NCBI GenBank assembly: GCA_032718475.1
Contig: JAUCBJ010003513.1
Coordinates: forward strand, 1-64,000
Reading direction: 5' to 3'
Length of the DNA: 64,000 nucleotides
Origin: Nemertoderma westbladi
Taxonomy: Eukaryota; Animalia; Xenacoelomorpha
The first letter of the stretch is position 1. Each line of letters opens with the position of its first letter. The translations under genes and the position numbers were made by a program. This document shows, in pieces, positions 47,101 to 59,100 of the stretch. The notes under the pieces were generated by a model that ran no database searches, was not told the DNA's origin, and worked only from the letters and a program-made list of their open reading frames with translations.

Positions 47101-50100
47101 CGTACTGCAGACTGTGTTCGTTCTGTAATACCGTTTGCGACTCAGACGGTACCTTGGCGCGGTGGACCGCGATGGCGGCAGCCGCCGCCGCTAGTCTGAT
47201 GCCCGCAGAAGATATCGAGAAAGATCTCCAAACCATCAAAGAGTATCTCTAGGAGAAAAGTGAAGGAACTGCTGATGGGAGGAATGGTTTCATACATAAA
47301 CTGGTAGAATTTATTTCAAGATGCTGTATTACCTGACTATTGTATTACTTATTAAGTGCAATTAATAGACGTTCAACAATCCTCTGATTTATAATTTGTA
47401 TTAAATTAAATATATTAACATTCAATTCAACACCGTAAGAATAATATCGATGTAGAAGGCCGATACCAGCTGGTGAGATTCAAATAGAAGAATCATAAAA
47501 CAGGGACTTTAATTGGCCAATTATGAAAATAACCAAAATTAAAAACGTGTGTATGAATAATGGGTAATGGTGAAAAATATCGAGACTTGAAAAATATCGA
47601 GAGTAAAAATAACGAGAGTAAAAATATCGAGAGTAAAAATAACGAGTGTTGAAAATTAACGTGATTAAAAAATATCGAGAGTAAAAATAACGCGAGATGA
47701 AAAATATCGAAAATAACGAGTGTTGAAAAATATCGAGTGTTGAAAAATATCGAGAGTAAAAATATCGAGTGTTGAAAAATATCGAGAGTAAAAATATCGA
47801 GTGTTGAAAAATATCGAGAGTAAAAATATCGAGTGTTAAAAAATATCGAGAGTAAAAATATCGAGTGTTGAAAAATATCGAAAGTAAAAATATCGAGTGT
47901 TGAAAAATATCGAGAGTAAAAATATCGAGTGTTGAAAAATATCGAGAGTAAAAATATCGAGAGTAAAAATAACGAGTGTTGAAAATATCGAGTGTTGAAA
48001 AATATCAAGTGTTGAAAAATATCGAGAGTAAAAATATTGCATTTTGCTTGAGCATTTTATTTAGAATTATGGAACAATATTGCAGTGCATGGGTTACAAC
48101 AGTGCAAGTGAATAGCATTATGTAATACACCTTGGGTACCCATTTACCAGATTTATTATACTAGCTAGTTTTTGCTATTTTTTAAATAAATATTATAAAA
48201 GACGTGCTAGCTATAAATTTTGATAAATATTATAAATATTGTTAAATATTATATTAGAACACGTACTGTATAAGCTACCAAATGTTGATAAATATTGTTG
48301 TTCTAGAACATTTTTAGTAAAAAAATTATCATACAACCCTTATTTTAAAAAATTTTTACTATCGATATTTTTACTCTCGATATTTTTCAACACTCGATAT
48401 TTTTCAACACTCGATATTTTTACTCTCGATATTTTTCAACACTCGATATTTTTACTCTCGATATTTTTCAACACTCGATATTTTTACTCTCGATATTTTT
48501 CAACACTCGATATTTTTACTCTCGATATTTTTCAACACTCGATATTTTTACTCTCGATATTTTTACTCTCGATATTTTTCAACACTCGGTATTTTTACTC
48601 TCGATATTTTTACCCTCGATATTTTTACTCTCGATATTTTTTGAACTCTCGATATTATCGTTATTTTTCAACACTCGATGTTTTTACTCGCGTTATTTTT
48701 ACTCTCGATATTTTTCATGTCTCGATATTTTTCAATATAACCGAATAATGAGTTTACTTCTAAGATAATTCATCGCCCAGGTTACGGGAGCAATCATAGT
48801 AATATAATTTGAATAGTTGACGCATAGTTGATTACTGCTTGATAAAGGCCTGTTGACTGAAATATAGCATTATTATTATTATAAACCGATTACGTGATAT
48901 AGACCACATTAAACTTATATTACAATAATGAGTTTAATCCACGATTTAGTATAATATAATTAATACCTACAGTAATTTACCTTTCATTAATAAGCAATGG
49001 AATGTCATTATAAGTTGACCCTTCTTCAGATAAATAACTGTTGTTACAACCACAGCGACTGTTTGGTATAACAAATCGATCTTCTGACAAGGGTTCTAGC
49101 TCCCTCTCCTTCATCATAAAAAACAATAAAGAATAGGCCTACTTATATAAATAATATAAATAAATGTAGATTAATTCTTCAGTAAAGTTATTAAAGGTCC
49201 CACCTCGATGTAGTGGTTGCATTGAATTCACATCTCTCGGAGGTCGTGGGTTCAACCAACACATGGGCCTGGGCAGTTTTCGTTTTAGCGGCCGAAGAAA
49301 TTTTAGTTTAAAAATTTCACTTTAAAAACGTTTAAAATTGTATTCGACCACATGAACGGGAGGAGGGGGGGGGGGGGGGGGGGGGGGGGGTGTGGGGGGT
49401 AAATCGTTTTCATTGAATGGAAAACTCTAAACACAACAGCGTATTCCGGATGATTCCGGAATAACGCAGTATTTCACATTATTCGTTAATATAAAGCCTC
49501 CATATATAGTAATAGGCCGCCTACCTGCGGAGTTCTGTCATCCACTCCATCTACGAATACATTCCATCTCGAGTCTGTGTCAGCCAGGTAGCCCTTCCAT
49601 ACAGGTGAGCCGGCGCTCAGCGCCAACATTATGGGGCACAGCGGTAGCAGTTGGTCGTAAAGAAACCGAGCTTCCGTCAAACTGGGAGTCTGGAAAGTGG
49701 CCTAGGTCAGAAAAATAGAGTACCGTAGTGTTACCCCCCATTTCTGTTACCCACCCCCCCCCCCCCCCCCCCGTCACCGATAATGATTCCTGATAGTAAC
49801 CATTTTCGTTACCAATTGGGGGAAATGAGCAGGTTACAGAGACGGATTTTTCTAACCAAAACAAAATACGATGTTGTTACCAATTGAGGGGAAAGAGCAG
49901 GTTGCAGAGCCGGCTTTTTCTAACCAAAACAAAAAACAATGTGGTAGGTTACAGAGACGGATTTTTCTAACCAAAATACTAAACGATTTTGTTACAAATT
50001 GAGGGGAAGGAGCAGGTTACACAGCCGGCTTTTTCTAACCAAAACAATAAACGATGTTGTTAACAATATCGTATATAGAAATATATTTTTGTTCCTTATA

Positions 50101-53100
50101 AATGCAATGTCTACTGCCTAGGCCTGTATAATAATTTGTAGGGAGATAAAATAACACGAACATGAGTGATAGTGACAATTAATACAAAGGAACATGTATT
50201 GAGAAAATAAAAACATGACTAGCCTTGGGCATATTCGAGTATTTTATTTTCTAAACAGATAATATAAGTGAATTAAGCGCATTTACCTGTAAACAACAAT
50301 TTCCCGCGGCTATACCAAATGAATCCATATATATGTGATCCTCTCTGCAACGTGGGTGATCTTCTCCAAGGTCAGGATCTATGAATGGGCTTGGAGTTTG
50401 TTCATCTTTATATATTGGCACCTAAAATAATGTTGATTAATACATGTGCGATACCGGTATAGGTACAGTAGTAAAATACTCTGTTGATGTTTCATAGTAC
50501 AAGCCATTTTGCTGTACCTATAGGAACAGTATATTTTCTTCCATTAAATGTTACTTTAGCCGATCGCGACCTCTCAATCCTTAACGAAGCAGCTACCCAC
50601 CTGTATGTTAATGTTATCCTCTCTCCGCTTTCGTGCGTTGCTTTGCATCAATGTAAACCTCGGGTGACTCTGACAAATCGCCTCGTCTGGGAACATTATA
50701 CTGTGGGATATTGATGTCTCTGGCCGTGGCAGATAATTGGGGTAGGTAAAACCCTTGCAGCCAATCAGAGGAAAGGTGGTAATCAACATATAATGTGAAT
50801 TTGTATCTAAAATATTAATTATCTCTTGGCGACGGGCAGACATACTCAATTCTGTAATAATAATATATAATGTGCTGACATGATTCAGTAAATCATAAAA
50901 TATTCGTAAAGCGTTATTGTCACTACAATTTAAATATTACGATTCTCATTGTAATAACTATTTACATACTTGTGTGTAAAGTAGCACTTACAGTGTGATG
51001 ATCCGAGTGGCTTTGTTACACGAACGAACGTTAGTGAATGAGTGAAAATAAAGCCACGAGGACCAGAACACTGTAAAATACTTTGCAACAAGTATGTATG
51101 TAATATTATTCCATAATTGTAACATTACGAAATGATTGTATATATATTATAAGTGATTAGAAACTGCACAAATTAAATTCGTTGATGTATAAAATAAATG
51201 TACAAATGACACAATTAATGTTATAAAAAAGTTAGCTTATATTTATGGTGTCGTTTGGAACCATGTTAATAGTTTATAGCTACTGGTTATTAATAGCAAT
51301 ACCCCGCGTACCGGTAGGTAATACAGTAGGCCTATCTGGCTGTCAGGCAATAATTATAAATGGAAATACCATCTTCGTCGAATACATACCTCGTATGGTA
51401 AGGCGTTATTCTAACCAAAACAATAAATTCTGTAAATTTCAATCGTTGTCATTGAATGGGATTATTTTGAATGCATCCAGAGACCCCCTAGCCGCCCTAC
51501 AAGAAGCTGTTATATCGCCGCAAACATTTAATGAGAGCAGAACGTAAGTATGGGGTACGTGATTTTATTCGCCCTCCAAGGTTGAGGGATCTAGGTTCGT
51601 ACGTTAGCGACTTACCGACGTTGTGTACATTCCTTATATTTCCGATCTAAGGTTCATACGTTAGCGACTTACCGATGTTGTGTACATTCCTTATATTTCC
51701 GATCTAAGGTTCATACGTTAGCGACTTACCGATGTTGTGTACATTCCTTATATTTCCGATCTAGGTTCGTACGTTAGCGACTTACCGATGTTGTGTACAT
51801 TCCTTATATTTCCGATCTAAGGTTCATGTGACGGGATCTACGGATCCCGGTTTATCCGTTGGGTTTTCTATCCACGCGTCCCCGCCGTGTGTGAAAGGTA
51901 AAAGAGTTCTGATGTTCGGTAATATGCATAAAGGTATAATAGTCTGAGATATATAGCAGTATAGTATAGTATGACACAACAGGTAATATATAATGGCGGT
52001 AGCGGACGGTGACAGAAGTCCCCGTTCCACCCTACTGATCCGACTGAGTAAACTGAACTGATATGATTACAGGTTACTGGTTATATTGCACGGTGGCCTT
52101 ATTGCTACTCAATCGATGCCTTTCCCCCCTCTGATTGGTTGATATCCCTGTTGGCACCCTTTGGAGTGTTTCCCTTCACTCCCTGTGTTCTCTCTCGGTT
52201 AGGGGTTTGGCCCCTGACCCCTATTGTGTGTGTCTCCTTTGGGGCCTATTGTCCCCGTTTACTGGGCTGACACGAGGTTGATTGGTAATCAACCTCGTGC
52301 TCCCAATATTGCTTTATGGCTCACTCTATGGGTTTGTGTTAGCGGAATTGGATAAGCTAACACTCCCCCCCATGCTATCTTCCCGGTAAGAAGATAGCAT
52401 CCAATTAAAGTGCGCTACAATTCCGCTGGAACTCGATCTATTATCGGGTCTGGGGTGGGGTTATTTTCTTGGAGTCGGCTTTCCAGGCCGCTCCCTATGG
52501 GTATGATGTCACTACCCTCTGGCGTCTCGTGTCGGGCCGATCGTGCGCTTCTCTCACACAATTTTTGTTTCCCCAACACTCTCGCCACTCTAACTTCGCT
52601 CTCTAACTCAACTCGCTCTCTCCCCACTCTTACACTCTCCCCACACCTGAATCGCACTCTAACTTCTCGCCAACAGCTCTTCTCACTATCTCCTCTCTAC
52701 TCTCTGCCACTCCCTAAGGCCCTGATCTCTAATGCTACCCCTGTGCTATCATACTATCTACCTTATCTAAGGTCTAACTTGCTAACTATCTAACTTCTCT
52801 AACTCTAACTAACTCCTAACTCTACTCTACTCTCTGCTAACTCTTACTACTTTTAGCTCTAACTAAAAGCCTCTAACTTTCTACTAACTCTATCTACGTG
52901 GCGCTAACGGTGCCCACAACCACAACCGGTACTACGTACCCTCTTACTAACTCTTTTCCATCTACATGGCGCTAACGGTGCCCACAACCACAACCGGTAC
53001 TACGTACCCTCTTACTAACTCTACCTCCATCTACGTGGCGCTAACGGTGCCCACAACCTCAACCGGTACTACGTACCCTCTTACTAACTCTACCTCCATC

Positions 53101-56100
53101 TACGTGGCGCTAACGGTGCCCACAACCACAACCGGTACTACGTACCCTCTTACTAACTCTACCTCCATCTACGTGGCGCTAACGGTGCCCACAACCTCAA
53201 CCGGTACTACGTACCCTCTTACTAACTCTACCTCCATCTACGTGGCGCTAACGGTGCCCACAACCACAACCGGTACTACGTACCCTCTTACTAACTCCTC
53301 CATCTACGTGGCGCTAACGGTGCCCACAACCACTCTACTACTGCTTCTACTCTGCTACTATCTTTCTAACTCTACTAACTCTCTACTATCTCTAACTCTA
53401 CTAGCTGGCACCCTATGTGCCCGTCTCTACCACTGTACTCTATCTACATCTCCACCTCCACTAATACCTCTATCTACGTGGCGCTTGCGGTGCCCACAAC
53501 CACTCCCTGCTACTACTTTCTACGTGGCGCTTCCGGTGCCCACAACCCCTCTCTTACTACTTTCTACGTGGCGCTTCCGGTGCCCACAACCACTCTCTCT
53601 TACTACTTTCTACGTGGCGCTTCCAGTGCCCACAACCACTCTCTCTTACTACTTTCTACGTGGCGCTTCCGGTGCCCACAACCCCCCTACTACTACTCGT
53701 GGCATGACAATATGCCACACTCCCTTACCCCGCCGCCTTCTAACTTACTTACTTCTACTAACTTATCTCCTGACTACTATTTACTATCTCTTCTAACTAT
53801 TATTTAATTAATTTTATTATTTATTAAATAATTATTTATATGTGGGAAGGGCGTCTCGCCCTCATTCCCACCCCCCTCAGTCCAAAATCTTGGACGACTA
53901 AACTTTCAGGTGCCCCTTCTTCCAGTAGGCACTCTCCCACTGCCCTCCTATACGTCCTCTTACTCTTCGCCACGCTCTCCCCGCCAACTCCAACTGACCA
54001 GGAATTGGCTCTCCCTCTTTCACCACCCTAAGGTTGGGTCTCTCCACCGTCTTCCTAACTAGCTCATCTCCTGGCATCAAAATGCCACCTCTCTCCTTGT
54101 TGTCTCCCGCCGGCAGAATGAATAGAAAGTGAAAGAACAGGCAGAACAGAAGGTAGAATAATAGTCCTATCCCTTTCCATCCTGCCTTCCTTCTCGACTT
54201 CCCCCTTGTCGGTATGCCTCCAAACTGGACCTGCGTCTCTTCCGGACACTCCTCTGGACACTCCTCTAGACACTCCTTCCGACACTCCTCCGGGCACTCC
54301 CCCGGAGTGTTGTCCTCCGGACACCTCGCTGTCCGCTCCGCTCCATCTCCATACCGATGCTTGTTGGGAAACCTACTCTCCTCTGCCCACTTTCTTACTG
54401 TCACCTCCCTATCTGGCTCTACTATCTCCTGCTGTTTCTCCTCTTGGTCCTCTGCGCCTGCGGTGCCTGGTAACATGCACCCTGATGTCTCTGTCACACT
54501 GCATGGGATCTTGGTTTTAACTGGGCCGCTAAGCGTCCATCCGAACGGCGTGAGGATCGCCGTCGGGTCCCGCTGCCTGTCTTCGCCGAAGACCGTCTTC
54601 ATCCTCTCATGGGCCGTCGGGCAGTCCATTCCTACTATAATGGACACCTTCCTAACGTCCACCTTTGGTATTGAGAAATCGATACCGTCCAGGAATCTGT
54701 ATTGTTCGACCTCAATGTTGGTCGGTCGCCTGGCGTTGATGTTTATCGATTCGATGACGTGGATGGGGTCGATCGTCGCCCCATAGTCGCATCCCGGTGC
54801 AATCGCTGCTATCCTGCACCGCCCCATCCTCGTCTCCAGGACCTCATCTTTACTCGAGACGGTAGTTACCGCCATTCTGTTCGGCCTCGTCTTTAGCCCT
54901 ATCTCTTCGGCCACCCAGTTCTCCACCAGCGTGAAGGCTGCTCCGCTGTCGACCAGCATTAACGTCGTTACTGATCGACCGCCCTCTCCTGATATCTTTA
55001 CTGGTACTACCCCGAGTAGTACTTTTCTCTTCTTCTCCTCTTCTGTCGTGCTTGTGGCCATTGCCTGGCCTCCAGTCTCGGACTCTCTAACTGCTGTCTC
55101 TCTACACTCTCCGGACCTGTGTCCTTCTACCACACATCGATGACATAGTCCGTTTGCGTCTGTGTAGGCTATACGATCTTGTTTGGGCAACGCTTGCCAG
55201 TGCTTACAACTCCTGGTCTTATGTGTTCCATCCCGATGTAATTGACATTCGAATCCTGGATCATAGCGTTCCCTGTATAGTCCCTCACGTATCGCGCGTA
55301 GGTTTATATGTACCGATTTAGTGTTTTGGTTGTCTGTATTCGGCCTACTGGGTATATTGGGATTATGTTTATTTATGGTGTTATTTTCTTCCTGTCCCCG
55401 CCACGGTGTGGCCCTGCTACCAGCTAACTGTGGACTAGCAGTCCCCTGTGTGGCCGCATGTGGTAGTGATTGTCCTACTCTTGAGAATGGATCCATCGGA
55501 TTATGTTCGGGTTTATGGCTTGTCCCCAAACTATCCTCGCTATAGACTGGGTCTGTTATTAATTCGGCTTCATAGTTGAGGAAGCTCGACATCTCTTCTA
55601 AGCCCGGTTCCGCACCCTTCTTCTCCCGTGTGGAGAAGGCTATCTTCCTCCACTTCCTTCGTAACCAGATCGGCAGTGCCTGCGCTATCGTGGTGATGTT
55701 GTTAGACGCGTTGAGTTCGTATGGTGCGTCTAGCGTCTTTAACACGATTAACGCCTTCTCGACCTTGTTTGCAAAGGTCCTTATGCTAACGGGATTGTCC
55801 TGTAGGCCATCTGATGTTATGCCTCTCAGGGTTTGCCGGATGATCTTGGCCGGATGCCCGTATTCCCTATCTAGCGCCCGCCATGCTGTCGTGAAGCCGC
55901 CCTCGATGCCCTGGTATTGCCTCACGATGTCGTATGCTGGGCCTCCTGTATATACTTGCAGATATTTTAGGCACTCCGCCTGCGTCAAGTTCTTACTTAA
56001 TATTTCGTTACTATACATGCGCCGAAACTGTAGATATTCTTCCGGCCTACTCCCATCGAATTTAAATGGTTCCACAGGTGGTAACTCGATCCTAGTTTTT

Positions 56101-59100
56101 AACGCATCGATCAATGTGGCCATTCCCATCGCTTGCGCTTCTAATGGGTTCGATGGATGTTGTATAGACTCCCCTATTGGGTGCGGTCCGTCCGTCCTAT
56201 CTGTTGTTGATTTAATTTGTTGCGTCGGATATATCATTGGGGGTAACGGCCCCCTCCATATTTCCGTGTCGCACGATCTGTTCTCGTCCAAGGGGTTCGA
56301 TGTTCTCGCTCCTATTGGGGTATATTGTTGATATTGTGATGGGGGAATGTCACCCTGTCCCCTTCCCACCGGTATGTTTAGTACTGGGGTTGATGTTAAT
56401 ATATTGGGGCCCATACATCTATCTGCAATAATCCCCCCCCCCCCCCTGGATATATGTTGTGTCCCTGGAAATTATAGTCATGCTGCTGTACCGGTACCGA
56501 TATAGGCCTATTCACTTCTTGCCTACCTACCGGTATGTACTCCGCGACTTCTGGGTTTAATCCCGTCGTCCGCGCTACCCTATCGCCTACTCTATCTCTC
56601 CCAGCATGGCCTATAATAGTATGTGCAGTAAGGCCTACAGTATGTCCTGCAGTCTGCATGTGCCCTTCCGAATCGAAGTTTATTCTTCGCGAATCTCGAA
56701 TCTCCCCGCGACTACCGTACTCTCGATCGGCAGCTACATCCCGTCGGGAAGCTTCTCTTCGATCCCCTATCCTGCTCTCTTCTTCGTACCGGTACGTCCT
56801 GTACCGCTCTCCTGGTGTGCGGTGCGTTTCTCCGGGGCGACGGCAATCTCCCGAAGTTCGACCCCACTGACTCCCTAACTCCATCTCTACTAGCGACGGC
56901 TCGCTATCCGTCCTCGCTCTCCGGTTGCCCCTAGCAACGACTCTCCTATTATCTTCACTCCTTCTCTCTTCGACCTCTCGGCTAAACTCTACTAATCTTC
57001 TTCTATCTCCGACCTCTCTATTATACTCTACTAATCTTCTCCTATCTTCGACCTCTCTATTAAACTCTACTAATCTTCTCTCTTCTAACTGGGCTCGACG
57101 TTCCGTCGCCCGCCCTCTCGCGACGTCAACCTGTCTCTCTCTGCTCGATCGCACGCCGCTGGGGATACTCGCAATCCCCCTATCACTCTCCATCGCCGGG
57201 TGTTGCGGTTTACCTAATTCGGCCCGCGCATTATCCGCTGACGCCTGTGGGACACTCTCTGCCCCCCCTCTCTCGCTACTAATCTCTCGCGGTAGGGTGC
57301 CCGTAGCTCCCCCCCCACCCGCTACTTCTAACTTCGCTATCTCTTACTACACTTCTGCGTCCCTCTTGTCGGACACTCTCTACCCCCTTTCTCTCGCCGC
57401 TAATCTTCTGTGGTGGGGCGCCCGTAGCCCCCCCCCACATCTAACTTCACTATCTCTCACTTCGTCTCTACACCCCTCTCTAGTCGACGCACTGTCTCTA
57501 CTACGGCTGGGTCTATTCACCCCCGCCTCTCTCTCTACTACTGCGTGGCCCACCAGGCCCACTTCGGGTTGGCTCAACCCCGCTACCCCCTGCCTACCAA
57601 CTACGTGGCCTACCAGGCCGCCGTCGGGTTGGCTCAACCCTGCCACCTCCTGCCTACTAACTACGTGGCCTACCAGGCCCCCGTCTGCCGGGTTATGTAC
57701 GTCCGACACGCTCATATTAATAGCACCATTCCCAATATTATTTGTTAAATCAATTAAATTATTAGAATTTGAAACGGGATTTAAATTATTTAAATTAGAA
57801 TTATTTGAATTATTCTGAATATTTGAATTAATATTATTATTTGAATTTAAATTTAAATTACTGGGTAAAATATTTCCTGTAATAAAGGGATTAGGGTTAT
57901 TTACTACGGTACTATTAATACCAATATTTCCTAACGCACTACTACTACCCCCCTCGCCCGTACGGTTGCTGTACGTACTGTACGTGTACCGCACGCTCTG
58001 TTCTCTTGCCTCACGCTCACTCTCTCGCTCCTTCCTTCCCCTCAGTCGCCACTCTAATTCTTCCATTTTTAATTTATATGCCATGCGTTCACTCTCTCGC
58101 ACCCGTCTTTCTTTTGCGGAGGATGTAGCAGACTTATAGGTTGCGACGGACTCCCGCCGCCCCTCCGTCCTACTAACTTTCCCCCGCTTTCCGGGGTCCT
58201 CGCTGACCGACGAGACCGAATCCTCGGAGCTAACCTCGGATTCGCCCTCCTCAGGTCTCTTCCAACCCACTAACTTAACTTCCCTGGCATCGACTAAGTA
58301 TGGCCCTATGTACACTACACCAGGCCCCATACCCCTACGTTCCCATAGCCCAAACAGTTCGAAGGCAACCCCTCTCGCTCTCTCGCTGGCTAGTTCTCCC
58401 TGGCCAGAACGCACTAGGTAATCAAAGTATCTGTTCGACTCACCTAGTCGTCTCCTCAACTTCACCTGGTCTATCTCAGCCCCTCCTCTAACTTCCTTCA
58501 GTTGTTCCCGGGTCGCGGCGTAGGCTCGTCGAAGTCGATCAGAAACCCCGACATCCTCGTCGCCGACCTCTCCTCTCTCCCTCCGGGTTCGGCGTCGTAC
58601 CGTCGGCTCCACCGTTGCCGTTCCGGTGGGCCGTTCGTCGCCCTCGGTCTGTGGCTGACCGGCGACATCGGCATATCGACCCTCCTTCCGTGTCGACTCG
58701 TCTTTCTTCTCTCCTCTCGACTCGATCTCTCTTTGTAGACGACCCCCCACACCTTGGTTCGCCGGGTCGCTCGTTATCGACGTGACGTCATCAACGTGCG
58801 TCGACGTGGTCGGCGTAGCATCGACCGGCGTCGTGGGTTCGTATCGTCTCGCCGTGGCCTCGCGGATCGTTAGATCGTCGTCCGGGGTCCGCGGCGGTGT
58901 CGTTCCTCTCTCTCGACTCATCTCGCCTTTGGTAGCTGGCAGCCACAGTCTGTCAGTTGGTTAGATCTAGTTCTATCACTGTCAGACTGTTAGGGCAGCT
59001 GCTAGGATTCTATCTCTGTCAGGGCAGCTGGGCGGATCTAGTTCTGTCACTGTCAGGGCAGCTGGGCGGATCTGATTCTGTCACTGTGACGGGATCTACG

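Noticed and set aside
46769-47239. 156-aa minus-strand ORF
   Set aside because: Antisense shadow of the Cys-rich gene, which has the signal peptide and the ordered motif.
47493-48748. F/I/L-rich ORFs of ~170 aa on both strands
   Set aside because: Translations of the foldback subrepeats.
52966-53807. Thr-rich, mucin- or env-like + strand ORFs in the LTR element
   Set aside because: Antisense to the element and explained by 66-bp and 47-bp tandem repeats.
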